Assembly: GCA_030704615.1 (NCBI GenBank) | Contig: CM060733.1 | Span: 6,758,001-6,822,000, forward strand | Length of the DNA stretch: 64,000 bases | Origin: Takakia lepidozioides | Taxonomy: Eukaryota > Plantae > Bryophyta | Direction of reading: 5' to 3' | Notes under the pieces: model-generated | Database searches by the model: none | What the model was told of the DNA's origin: nothing | The model's input: only the letters and a program-made list of their open reading frames with translations | Part shown: piece by piece, positions 1 through 12,482 of the stretch | Layout of the letters: every line of letters starts with the position of its first letter | How positions within the stretch are numbered: position 1 is the stretch's first letter | Made by a program: the position numbers and the translations under genes

Positions 1-640
1 GAAAGGCATTCATCAGCCAGGCATGCCAATGGATTGCGAGACTCGAGGTCGGGTCTATTTTGGGAGATGGTGCGGGGTTTTGCGCCACTTGCAGCTTCAT
101 CAAGCTGTATCTCCAGCATACATCTTGGAGAATGTGCCACTGATGGTCGATTCTCGTGGATGATGGCCAGTGTGCATCAAGTCCGGTCGTGGCTTGGGTC
201 AGCAGTGTTGTCAGATGCAGCTATAGTGGGGTCACGGGCTCATCGTCCACAGCTATGGTGGACTAACTTGATGCCACCCGCACTGCTCAAGCGTGCATTT
301 GATGGGGTGCAGCGGCCAGCACATCTCAAAGTGGATAGCATTTTGGACACAGGGAGGCAGTCTCAGCGTGTGAGACACGATGACCGTTCGCCTTTGGCAG
401 TGGTCAACAGGGTGGGTCAACCACGAGCAACATTACCTACACTGCTCAACTTCCCAGGATCGCATGGTTCCGGGATAGTGGACCTGGATGTGGCAGCAGT
501 TAGTGGAGCCTAATGTTGACGAGCGTGAGGGGCGATGGGTTTTTTATCACTGGTACCACGGCAGTGTCGTCTCTTTCTGAGGCATCACGTCGTCAGGTGT
601 GTTGGGGCAAGCAATGGATCTCAATTGCTTGACCTGGATT
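1..640 (+). pseudogene. C5 cytosine DNA methyltransferase catalytic domain (DNMT3/DRM-like), frameshifted, truncated by the window start
   Basis: Motifs appear in order across frames: GLRDSRSGLFWEMVR (after motif IV), YILENVP (motif VI, ENV at 128-136, needs a 1-nt shift in the GGGG run near 75), DAAIVGSRAHRPQLWWTNL (motif VIII), EPNVDERE-x-AMGF (motif IX, ~505-545) and RRQVLGQAMDL (motif X, ~587-620). Confidence 0.8.
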
Positions 641-934
641 ATCAGCTGGGCTATGGCTGAGCAACGCAGAGTGCGGAGTACACTTCCCTCGATGGTCTCT
701 CTGCCTACCGAGACGGTACAGGCAGTGAGTGGGGGCGAGCATGTGAGGACCATGGGGTGTAGGCATCCATGGCACACGTGGGAGGTGCTCGAGGTTCAGA
801 GGGAGTTGGCAGCCAAGGTGGCGGTGATGGATGAGGTTGGGGATTTTTCTCGGGTGGAGGAAGTCCTTGAGGATGAGATGATGGGGCAGGATTAGGCCTT
901 GTCATTGACTGAGCAGGCAGGGAATACTGCTCAA

Positions 935-3071
935 GAGGTTGCGGCATAGTAACCACGGGACGCGTCCTCTACCTCTAAGTCTGCTGGACTTAAGGTTGCA
1001 GTTACGAAGGGCATTTGGGAGCCTGATATTGGACCTATTGTCACTAGAGGAGAGAGACGACGTGTATGACACCCACGGATCCTCAGGCAGTCGGGAGAAT
1101 CTTTGTCTGGTACAGCTCCAATGCCCTCCCAAGTTCCGGCAAAAAAACTCCCTTTGGACTGGGTCCCGTATGCCTCTAGCACGCACGGTTATTTCCCAGT
1201 TGGATGTCACCCAAAAGGTCACCGGATCTTTAACCCTAGTTAACGTCTTCACATCCAAGGCGTGCATCTCTCTTGGAGCATCCCATGTCATTGTCTCCCC
1301 CCAGTGCTGCCAATTTAAAAAATCGTAAGGCGATACATCCAATGGCATGTTGTATCGGTTGTACTCGTATCCCGTGGGCATATTGTCTTGCAACCCAAAC
1401 AACTCGTAGAAACGTCGATGGATTGGTCCACGGCAGTCAGGGCATTGGCTGGCTCCGCATGGCTGCGATATGAGACATGTGGGATGGAACAAATGGCCAC
1501 ATGAACCAAGCATATAGCCTCCCTCCGGTCCATAAGGGTTTAGGCACATTGTGGACACCGTACCATCTGTTACCCATGACATTGGATTGCTCTGTGGTAT
1601 CCACGTCCGTTTATCCTCATTAATGAAGGATGACATCCTCAGCCTGGTGTCCCACTCCTCCTCTACTTCCAAATTCCAGTTTATGCTGTTATTGGTATCG
1701 AAAATTGTATGCACACAGTGCTCAAACATCGCATGCACATCACCCCATGTGGTGAATCCAGTGTACTTCGACGTGAATACATCACGCACAGTGTCGTGCC
1801 TTTGCAAATTAGCATAGATGCTATCTACGCTTCGATTCGACAAACGTGCTACACGTTGGAGGGAGGACAACGCTTCTTCTATCCGTGTTTCCCGCGATGC
1901 TAGATGGCCCGCCCAGGTCACCCAATTCCGCCAATTCCCCTTCAACCATGGCCACGATCGGATTTGCATGGCATTTGAGTACCAATATGCAACAACCCTA
2001 GCTTGCTCGCGTTCCCCCACAAGCTGCTCTAATTCTTGTTCTTGGGCCGATGTAATTTGCACGGCTGAACATTCCCCATTTCCACTATGGGGTCTTTCCC
2101 TTTTCTTGCCCTCTCCACCGCAAGTCTTTCTTCCTCAACCCTCGCCGGGTCCAGTTCAGACGTTTGCACTTCATTCCCATGCCCGATTGAGTCGACCCCG
2201 GCTTCAGGACCCGAGGCCAATCACCAACGAGCAAGACATATTGGCGCGTTTGAATATGCCACCAATGGACATTGACCGAGACGTACACTGTCAAGAATCC
2301 CCAACCCCATTCTTTCCAGCAACTTCGCTAGTTGCCACCGTTGCAAATGAACAATGTCTTGTAGGTCTTTGATGTGTTGTTCATGTGCGGCCAGTTGTTC
2401 TTCCAACGGAGAGCGTACCTCGTCCCCCTCCACCTCAGACGTTGAAGGCCCGGCTGCGGAGACCTGTTGCGGCGTATAATTGGAGGTGGTTTGGTCTGCA
2501 TTTCCTTCTCTTCCACATCGTCATTTCCATCCGCCTTTCCTCCTTTTCCACCTCGTCGTTTCCATCGTGACACGAACCGTATGACGTCATGCCCCTGACG
2601 TATATACAAGTCTGGGATATCAGAGAACATGTATAGTCTAGTACGCTGTCTCGCAGTGGCAGTTTGTCAATCCACTGGTCGCAATAAAATCAACTATTGT
2701 ACAATGGCTGCAAATAAATACGGGACCTTGTTGTTGACGAGCGGTTGACCCCACAATGTTGTATGCACCTCCTCTGCCCTGTGGCGGAAATGCGGGTTGG
2801 CGAAGGAATGCAAGCTAGCTTGATTTGTTGGTTTGTGGATCATACCTATCTCTGGGCCACAATAACGATTTATGTGACACAGTCCACAAATTCCGGCAGT
2901 CACCAAGCGACCACCGCTGCCCAAACTTCCAAACTTCTCAACCTGGTTCCGCAAGAATGTTAGGGTCATTGTATACGAAGTTCGCGCCTGGCCCCTTTTG
3001 GTTTTTTTTTGGAGGTCCAGGTTCATTACGTCATCCCTGGGATGACCTCCTCTGACTTTCTCATCCGCCAT
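935..3071 (-). pseudogene. Transposon cargo gene with coiled-coil and RING-type zinc finger, several frameshifts
   Basis: ORFs 2694-3071, 2328-2630, 2221-2433, 2029-2220 and 902-2062 chain on the minus strand. The last contains C-LNPYGPEGGYMLGS-C-G-H-LF-H-PT-C-...-C-PD-C (RING-H2-like spacing). A TATA-like element lies upstream at ~3421. Confidence 0.6.
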
Positions 3072-3486
3072 TATGGCTTTGGCTTACCCCTACTCGATAG
3101 GTGTTTGCTAAGAAAAATGCTCTCCCAACCCTCCTAAATCGTACCTAATCCTACTCCCTAATGAATCCTCCCCAAGTACTAGAGACACGTGTCACTCCGC
3201 AGTTCTAAGTGATATGACGCAATGTGCAATGAAAAAAACGTGGGTGCTAGAGGAGGGCTTCCCGGGAGGCACTCAGCATTGATTTCGAGCCCAGAATATC
3301 CCCCACCCAACCAATAGCACCCCTCTCCACTTGGACTCAATGACAAGGAATGCAACATCCCATCACCCACCAAGTCCTGGTGTGGAGAGAAAAGTGAGGG
3401 AGAGAATGGCCTCCAAGGCCTTATAAGGCCCCCACTCCACACTCGGGGCGCGCGCTGTCATCATGACTGCGCACGCTATTAATGGC

Positions 3487-4385
3487 TGTGACCGCCAGCA
3501 GGGGTGGTCACATCTTTTTTTCTTTTCCTTATCAGTTGCGACCACCAGCAAGGGAGTGGTCGCAGATTTTTATTTTATTTTTAATAGGTGCGACCTCCAG
3601 CAGGGGGGTGGTCGCAGATTTGTTTATGTTTTTTAATGGGTGCGACCACCAGCAGGGGGTGGGTTGCAGATTTGTTTATTTTTTTTAATGGGTGCGACCA
3701 CCAGCAGGGGGGTGGTCGCAGATTTGCTTATTTTTTTTAATGGATACGACCACCAGCAGGGGGGTGGTCGTAGATTTTTTTTTTTTAATCAGCAGGGAGG
3801 TGGTCGCATAATTATTATTTTTTTAATAGGCGCGACCACCAGTAGAGGGGTGGTCGCAGAAATTTTGTTTAAAACAAATAGGTGCGACCACCACCTCTTG
3901 GTGGTCGCACTATTTTCCTTTTCTTTAATAGATGCGACCACCAGCAGGGGGGTGGTCGTAGGGGGGGGTGGTCACATAATTTCCGATTTTTTAATTATCT
4001 ACCAACAGTCAGTAGCTCAGTTGGTTAAGTGCATTGAGTGCGACCCGGACGATTCTGGGGTCAAATCTTGCTACTTGATGGTGTGGATGGTTCGTGTGTG
4101 GGTGCCCCATTCCTACGCCTCTTGGCGCATAATAAATGAAAGAGGTATTTTCTCCTCTCACTACTAAGGGGCCTGATTTGTGAGCTGTTGCTCCAGGTGT
4201 TTCCCAAAATAAAATAAAATAAAATATGCGACCACCAGCAGGGGTAATCAGTAAATCAGTAAATATATGCGAATACAAGCAAGGGGGTGGTCGCAACATT
4301 TTATTTTATTTTAACAGTGCGACGACCGCTACTGGTGGTCACACAATTTTTTTTAAATAGGTGCGACCACCAGGAGGTTGGTCCC
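3487..4385. repeat. Array of palindromic units TGCGACCACC-(8-9 nt)-GGTGGTCGCA with T-rich spacers, ~51-bp period
   Basis: About 10 units at 3487-3975 and about 4 more at 4227-4385, read directly. Confidence 0.9.
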
Positions 4386-5610
4386 TTTGCACCTGTATGT
4401 ATGTTTGGAGAGGCCAGATGACATGTATCGACTCCCCATGGATTTGTGAAGGGGAAGATGATGTTAGGAGCTGCACCTGGCTTTTGTGGCTTTCGAAACA
4501 TAATAGAAAATCAACAATGTAAAGGTCTGACGAAACACAAACCCACGCACAACCACCCAACCCCTTTCTTGGGTACACATATTCCACCATTTTATTTCTG
4601 TACACGTATGCATGACCCAAACTGAAACATGGATACCATGGAACATTACAACACATCATGTGACAGGTCACAGAAGTTATAGCTGTACCTAATTCCGTCT
4701 GGCACGACGATGATGGTATGATCTCACGTCTAGTACAAAATCTTTGTCCCCACTCATTTCACCCCCGTTCCCATGATCAGTGCTAGAATCATTGATCTCC
4801 ATCTGTTCTTTCGTTTCAGAGGCAATTGGCCGTGTGGACCTGTAATCGTCCTCGGAGTACGTTCAGTTGTTCTCTGGTCGATTCCACTCCTATCATGAAT
4901 ACCATCTAGGTATCAGGCCTGTTCATAGGTCGGTCACCAACAAAAGGTTGCACAATTCTCTGCTGTTTCTGGGCTTGTCCCTGATTTGTGGTGGCCTTGG
5001 AGCAGGTCTCGTATGAGGAAGGCTACTTGCACGTACATCAGAGGGGCCGACATGAGAGGAAGGAAGAGGCATGAGATGGACCAGCGAGGGTCGAGGGAGC
5101 ACGGTTCACATGCGGATGTCGTGGGGGCCAGATGAAACAACAATGGCCGGTCGTCGTCATCCGATGGTTCAACTTGCAGAAGTCCCGCAGCAGAAGAACC
5201 ATCTCCCAGGATCGGAAGAGTAGCGATGGAAGGAATTACATGAGGGGGAGAGAGACTAGAGGACCAGCATGGGATGGACCGGCTGAGAGAAAGAGAACTT
5301 GAGATGAGCGGGGTGGGGTGAGATGAAGCACCGGTTCACAGGGACACGATGTCGGTGAAGGAATGACAACGGTCGGTTGTCATCATCCGATGATTTGACC
5401 TGCACATCTCCCGCAGTCCGTGTAACCGTGTGGTGGGGGAGAGTTGACCTAAACTTCATTGGTCAGAGTGTGCTCCACTGGGGGGGATGGGGGTCCCGCA
5501 ATTGAGATGACACCTGTCGCAGTTCATCAACAACAAGGTCATCGAAGGATGGATGCATTGCAGCATCATCGTCATTAAATTCATATGGGTCATGTGGAGG
5601 ATTGCCCACG

Positions 5611-7626
5611 TCATCGGACCCATCCCACCGTCAGAGTCGGAGTCCCCGCGGCGTCAGTGTCATCATTGCTGCTAGATTGGACCTTTGAGGCAGATTCTTC
5701 AGACAATAGATTCTTCTTGTACCATGCAGATGCGTCATTTGCTCTCCTCTCTCGCAGTAGCCTACAATTTGTGTAGACATAAACCAATTTGTTAGCCCTG
5801 GCAGGATTCAACTTGTGCGAATCTTATTGTGAACAAACGAGTAACTGCTCCAGTTCCGCTCACAGGACGAGGCAGAGCACACTTGAGCAAGAATACGCTT
5901 TGCAATGGGAGCAACGTTCTTGCTCCAGCTCCAATCAGATCCCACCATTCATGTGACAACATGCTCATTGCTTTTGGATCCGGTATGTCATGGAAAGGAT
6001 TCTGCCGATTCGAGAAGCACTGGTACTCGGAACACGTCGCTCGCCATATTCAAGGGCGCAAGTTGCATGATGACCCGTACAAGCCCGGCTTTGGCATCCA
6101 CATCGTCTCGCAAATCCGTATTGTCCAGCAAGAATGGATTCAGCAAGGCCCCCGCATAATGCAAGTCCGTGCGAACCATCCGTTTGCGGTCGTAAAATGC
6201 ATCCTCGGTCTTGCCGCCAAAATCATCATCCATAGAAAATGGAGGACGCCTCAAGGATTGCACGTGCTTCTCAAGGTTTTCCAATATCAACCATGTTTTA
6301 CCCATTATTGGTTGTTTTCCATCAAACTCCCGCAAAGCAATCAACACCGGCTCCACCATGTACACAAAATTTGCACATTTCGCCCAGAAATCGTCGGAGC
6401 GAATGATTGCGCGGACCCTCTGACTCACGAGAGTCGCGTAAAGTGCCCACATACGCATCTCATTGAGGGTCAATGATCACTTGCTCCAGACCCGCCCTCA
6501 CAGTCACCAGTCGATCCACCATCAAAAAGTTTGTGGCAAAGCGGGTTTCACTTGTATTTGGGTTCATGCTTTCTAAACAATGCCAGAAGGATGTGATGTG
6601 TACGAATGAATGTCACAACCGACTTTGCCCTTTTTACTAGTTGTTTCATCCATGATTCTTTTCCCCAATCCTCCAAAAAGAGATCAAAGATATAGCACGC
6701 CCTTGGTAATATAGATGGGGATATTGTACAATCAAAATATCGGCCATATTAACCATGTTAGATGCATTGTCCGTGCACACTTGGACAATTTTATCAGCTC
6801 CAATTTTATCGATGTAACTCGTCAACAACCCTGCTTGATAATGTGTATTTTTTCTTTCCCCACTTGTGTCAACGGATCCCAAAAATTGTTCCCTTGCAGG
6901 ACAAACCAGCATGACATTGAACAGTGGTCGATTAGTAACAGAACTCCAACCGTCCGCACATATAGTGCTTCCATATTTCCGGAGAGAATCATCTGTCTTT
7001 TCATTCACCTTTTGGGTGAGGTCAGACATAGCCTCTTCTAGCAATCCTGTGCGGAGATCGCAATAACTCGGAGGTGTGTATGTGGACTTGGAATCGGACG
7101 TGGTTTTGACAGCAGCCACAAACGCAGAAAGCCTCGAGACATTGAACGGAATATTGGCCTCGTAGAAAAATTGGGTCCACTTCTTATCCAAAGTCTTCCT
7201 GTGCGACAAATTTAAGCCTTCTTGCATTGATTGTTGCCTCAATGGTCTGGTCCGTACAAGTGTTGGCGTACAATCGGGTGTTGCTCCTGACCCACCGGCT
7301 TCTCCACGAACAGTAGACGCCTCGCAAGAATCCCCCTGGGTACAACTGTGAGGGACAGTTTGATTCGAACCTGGAGTGTTTGGCTCAGAAGCCGCGGCCA
7401 CATCAAGAGATGGTGGGATATTGCCTCCACATTGGGCAAAGTGGGCTTTCACTCGCATGGAGGCTTTTGGGCACAAACTAACCCTTGCATTCTTCCTATC
7501 TCTGTAGCCAAGGTGATATAACATGCGATCTTTGTGACCCGCCATCTTCAATGCACAAAGATTGCATTGAAAACCGTCCTTTTTGTGTGGGTCTATGGTG
7601 AACGAAGGGATCCATTCCTCCCTCAT
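5611..7626 (-). pseudogene. hAT-superfamily transposase (BED finger, DUF659-type DDE core, C-terminal dimerisation domain), frameshifted
   Basis: CNLC...HL (BED-like), CADGWSS, VCTDNASNM, TRFATNF (~6530-6550), LHYAGALLNP, and SSCERNWSSYSFVH...LNPARANKLVYVYTN (hAT dimerisation motif). Confidence 0.9.
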
Positions 7627-7992
7627 CCTCACACCCAAAACCCTAACCACAGACTTAAGGTTGAACGAAGAACACTAGTGTACTTGGTAGATTTGTCAAG
7701 AGCAATAGAAGTTAGAACAGAATGCGATGGCCCAACACTACGGCATCAATCCAAGTGGATCAATGCACCATGTAGTATTGTGCTTTTCGACAATTTGCTG
7801 CAGTGGCTCTGGTGGAAGCCACAACAACAAAAAGTCCGCACCCTCCTCTTGGGCTTACACTCTTGCTCAAGGAATAGAGAACATTAACTCGTCACAAAAG
7901 TATTTGTCACAAAAGAAGTTAGGGGCATTGGGACCTCCTTATATACCCTCCAGCCTCCAAGCCTCACATGCTCGACGAATCAGATCCAATGC

Positions 7993-8680
7993 TGCGACCG
8001 CTCCAGGTCGCACGAAGAAGTCGCACGTTTTTAAAAAAAAAAAACTACTGCGACCACCCTCATGCTGGTGGTCGCACCTATTAAAAAAAAGAAAAATGCT
8101 GCGACCACCCCCATGCTCGTGGTCACAGAGATTATTTATTAAAAAATAAATAAATGAATAAAATAAAAAATAAAAATTGCTGCGACCACCCCCCTGCTGG
8201 TGGTCGCACCTATAAAAAAAACAGAAAATTTCTGCGACCACCCCCCTGCTGGTGGTCGTACCTATTAAACAAATAGAAAATTTATGCGACCACCCCCATG
8301 CTTGTGGTCGCACCTATTTTTTTTTTTAAAATGTTGCGACCGCCCCATGCTCGTGGTCACAAAGAATATTTTTAAAAAACAAAAACAAAAAAAATCTCTG
8401 CAACCACCCCTTTGCTGGTGGTCGCACCTATTAAAAAAACAGAAAAATGCTGCGACCACCCCTATGCTAGTGGTCGCAGATATTAAAAAATAGAAAAATG
8501 TTGCGACCACCAGTAGCGATGGTCGCAACTGTTTAAGAAAAGAAAAAAATGCGACCACCCCTGCTGGTGGTCGCATCTATTTTTAAAAAACAAAAAATGC
8601 TGCGACAACCCCTTTGCTGGTGGTCGCAACTATTAAAAAATAAGATAAATTCTGCGACCATCACCATTTGGAGGTCGCAC
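7993..8680. repeat. Second palindrome array (TGCGACCACC...GGTGGTCGCA) in opposite orientation, A-rich spacers
   Basis: About 13 units at ~51-bp spacing. The spacer strand asymmetry is inverted relative to 3487-3975. Confidence 0.9.
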
Positions 8681-8904
8681 CAATTTAACAATAATGATTT
8701 AAAAATGACCTCAACTATTGGCGGATGGAGTAATTTATAAAACAATTCTTTCACTTGCCAAGGTGTTGCTTGGAATACAACGTGTTCACCTACGTGGCAT
8801 ATTTTTTACCTAACTCATGTTTTACTGATTTTTCGACAAAACTGACGTGACATTGGTCGCGTCAGCGTCAGGTCCGACGTGACGTCACTGACGTGTGCAG
8901 CCTG

Positions 8905-9555
8905 ATAGTGGGCAGCATAGTGGTAGTCTAGTGACTGACTAGTTGCAGCCTAGTGGTTGGACTAGTGGTATACTAGTGTGTGGTGTGCACATGTGTTGTG
9001 TGGTTTTGGACAACGATGTAGTTGTGTAGCGATATGTATACGCACGACAGTTGTCAAGTTATTTCACCACTATTGTGAAACTAGCTAGAAAATAGCTAGC
9101 TTTTACATATTGATATTTGGGATTGGCCCAAGTGTCAATCCAGGGGTCAAGACAAATTTAGGCCCTGGAGTGGTTATCTTCACGGCAAGCGTGGGAGACT
9201 CATCTATCTCGAGTTGAGCCTCACCGCGCCTAGCTATGGCGCCGTAATGTGGATTCCCCATGACGTGGGGTGCACTTGGCTTGACTTGTATTTTTGTGAT
9301 GAGTTTATATATGCATGAGTTTATGCTTCAACTTTGTGAGCTCGCATGAGCTTGTGTTTGTATTTTTCTTTTTTATCATTGTATGGACTAGTGATTGCCA
9401 TAGTGGGCAGCATAGTGGCAGCCTAGTGATTGACTAGTTGCAGCCTAGTGGCTGGACTAGTGGTGGACTAGTGGTATACTAGTATGTGGTGTGCACATGT
9501 GTTGTGTGGTTTTGGACAGCGATGTAGTTGTGTAGCGATATGTATGCGCACGACA
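8905..9555 (+). mobile_element. LTR remnants: partial LTR 3' end (8905-9049) directly followed by a ~504-bp TGTC...GACA LTR (9052-9555)
   Basis: A ~150-bp direct repeat (8905-9049 and 9400-9555) ends CGCACGACA in both copies. The second unit starts TGTCAAG. Confidence 0.55.
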
Positions 9556-10149
9556 AATCGTCTAAAGCTTAACTCATGTTAGCACAAAGACCCACAAATA
9601 TATCTGCCAGAACTCAAAGGTCAGCGCATGTAATTTTCGCCAGCGAAACTTGGGTTTCGTCAACGAAATTAGGGGTTTTTTTTTTTTTTTTTTTAATTTT
9701 TAGTTTTGGTCAAATGGTAGTGGAGTCCTGGTTTGGTTTTTATCTGTGATGTGCACATTCTGCTGGAGAGAAAGGTCCTCAGGATGTAAGTTAAGTGGGC
9801 TGACTCCAGGTATCCCGCTCATTCAATGACTCTGCTGAGGGGCAACCATGAAAGCAGATAAATGACTCAGGTATGCCATCATTGTAGGTCACCTACCTAT
9901 TACTTGTGTGTTGTATATATAATGTCTGTTTGAAGTGATTAACCTTTTTCTTTAAGAAAGTCTCATACTGATTTTGCGTGAATGCGGTTTGATGGGCAGA
10001 TTCTATGACTTTTAGGATGAATTAATGCCAAGAGAAGTATGACAATCCAAATGTTTGGCGGGTACTTTTAAAGTTTTCTAATGTGTTTGACTACCTGACC
10101 CTGGCAGCTATCATAGATGGAAGGGTGGGCTGTTTTTGCACTCGTCTGT

Positions 10150-10760
10150 TTTGGCACTCGTCCGTCTCTTTTGTTGTTATGCACTTTGATTCCATAAGCT
10201 CTCTGGGTCTCAAATCTCTCAAAGTACCACTATCAAGTTCATAAGGACCTTAAGATCATATATTGATCGTTGTTGTTTTCAGCTTAGAAGGATAACTATG
10301 ATGACTAGTGAGAACTCGTGTGCCATGTATAAATAACAAATGGGCTGACCTATGATTTGAAGGGTTATAATGTTCAGCCGCTCTTGATGGTGTGCATGAT
10401 AAGATCACCCTTCTACCACCTACGTCACTTCTGAGCAAGCATGAGATATCCAACACTCTGCACCTGCTCTCATCAAGGCCAATATCAATATCTGGGGGCC
10501 AATTTACTAGTGTTCGTATATGCCACTGGTCCTCAGAAGGAGAAGAGATGAACCCCCTGCTCCTCCAAAAATACCAATATTAGTCTGGCTCTCTATGCAA
10601 TCACTTGTCTGGATTGAAGGTTGTGCCCGCATCATGGGGCTAAACGTGGACCCACTTGGAGATTCCGAGATTCCCAGCAATCATTCTTCGAGAATACAAC
10701 CCCAAGGCAGCCTACCACATATTACTGAAACCCGACCATTTACATGATAAACGGAACAAA
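10150..10760 (+). mobile_element. Decayed LINE-like fragment
   Basis: Peptide TSVRICHWSS resembles TPVRICYWSS in the LINE remnant at ~28650 (-). There is no long ORF. Confidence 0.35.
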
Positions 10761-12445
10761 ATTTTGTACTTGCCTAGTCTTTGAGGCCTTCCATTCTGCT
10801 ACTCTTTGGAATGTATGGAAAACACGATGTCAATGGTAGCTAGGGAGAAAACATGCATTTCACTGCTGTTGTCTACCATTTTCTTTGAGGTCCAAACTGA
10901 AGTGCGGAAGGTTGGGGCCCGAAGAATGGTTGCAGACATTTGCAGGGATCCGGAGGTTGAGCATCAGCTCCTCCGTAACTTCCAAAGTACTTGGGAATGG
11001 GCTGGCATCCTATGCAGCTGCACTTCGTCAGCCACTGTAATTACTGGGCCGCTGTCCCCCCTCTCAACTGGCAAGGATTATAGACCTGTCCCGATGCCCT
11101 AACTCCCCTGAGTGCGAAGGAGAAGCCAACTGGAAGCACCAGAGCGGGCATCGCTCAACCCGGCTTAGTTTTGATCGCTAAGTAACACAAGAGCTTATCG
11201 AAAGACCCGCTCTCAACAAACTTGGCTATTGGCAACCTTGTCCACAATCACCTGATCTTGGAGGCCTCAATGGTTTTTTTCTGCTCATTAATTTTCAAGG
11301 ACCTTGAGCCCCCAACATTGCCACTTTGCTAGTAAGTGCCTACCAGTATAATGCCTATTTCAATGTGATTTAAACAAAATGATCACATGTTGCAAGCTCC
11401 TGGATTTTTTTGCTAAAAAGCATTCTCCCTATCTGTCATTGTTGCTCAAGTTCGTCCAGGTGTGCTACTTGAGGACTCACGGCCTCATGAAATTCAAATT
11501 CTAAACCTTTTCCATCAGGAGTGGACTAGTCATATACTTCCATATTTAGAAAGAAGGCTAGGATTTTTTTGACTCCAGTGGTCAGCCACAGCTTCTGGGA
11601 ATGTGCATTCATACAACCAGGTCAATGATATAGAGAAAGATAACCCCAATTGGAACTAACAGGGAAGAACCTGATTTTCTAACAAAGATTACACTGTATC
11701 TTGATGGATTGTGAGGACTAGCTTGAAGTGGCATTCATGCCTTCAAGAGCTTTGGCATGTTGTAAAATGGCAGTGGCTGCACTCAGTTGGTCCTTACTAG
11801 ACAGCCTTCGAGCATCCTTCGCATTTTGATCTCCATTGTCGCCCCCACCCTTCTCTCCTCTATATGTTTCCCAGTGCTTGCAGCGGCTACATCCAGTGTG
11901 TCTATCAGCCTTTCCATTGACTGCAATTTTTATCGTGTGGTACAACCTACATTGTACACAAACGAAGAGGGTCTTAATATTGCCGGGGAGATTGGAGCTG
12001 ACAAAGTACATTCTAATAGGTACATGCTGTGACATGAATACAAAACTTTACACACAATCACTTTTTGTTTGAACTCATAGTCTTTCACATCTTGCCACGG
12101 TGAACATCAATCCATCCCCGCCTCACAATTTGCTTATATATATATGAATGTAGTATGTTCTGAGCTGACTAAACATGAAATCGGCATCGCATGCTGCATG
12201 CTCGGTGCATGTAGAAGAAATTCATCAGTGGTACAAGTCACTTTTTATAAGAAAGGCCTTTCAATGGCCTTTGTCATACATGGCTGCCGCTGACACTTTT
12301 TCGAAGCTGATGGCCGGAAGCGCTACTACCCTTTTGGTCACGGCTCAGGTTCCGAGGTATTTGATCACTGATGTTCACCAACAAATGCACAAGAATGTGA
12401 GCTGTGCTCTGTACCTTCACAGAAAACATGCTATCTTGCAGCCTT

Positions 12446-12447
<2 letters not shown>

Positions 12448-12480
<33 letters not shown>
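12448..12480. repeat. (TG)n microsatellite
   Basis: Direct reading. Confidence 0.95.

Positions 12481-12482
<2 letters not shown>

Larger units (their letters stand above)
935..8904 (-). mobile_element. hAT DNA transposon with RING cargo gene; right end present, left end apparently deleted
   Basis: The right end GTGCAGCCTG (CAGGCTGCAC on minus, hAT-like CAG start) ends at 8904 and is preceded by clustered TGACGT subterminal motifs (8860-8895). The same palindrome arrays lie upstream of both genes. No matching left TIR was found. Confidence 0.6.

Noticed and set aside
4008-4075. Functional tRNA gene
   Set aside because: No convincing acceptor or anticodon stems, and the B-box is degenerate.
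3487-8680. CRISPR-like appearance of regularly spaced palindromic repeats
   Set aside because: Spacers are low-complexity A/T tracts similar to one another, there are no cas genes, and the context is a eukaryotic hAT element.
946-8909. ATAGT at 946-950 and 8905-8909 as a TSD for the hAT element
   Set aside because: It is only 5 bp (hAT makes 8 bp), there is no left TIR, and the cargo reading frame seems to run through 946-950.
11718-12035. 105-aa ORF with cysteines
   Set aside because: No recognisable domain or supporting gene structure.
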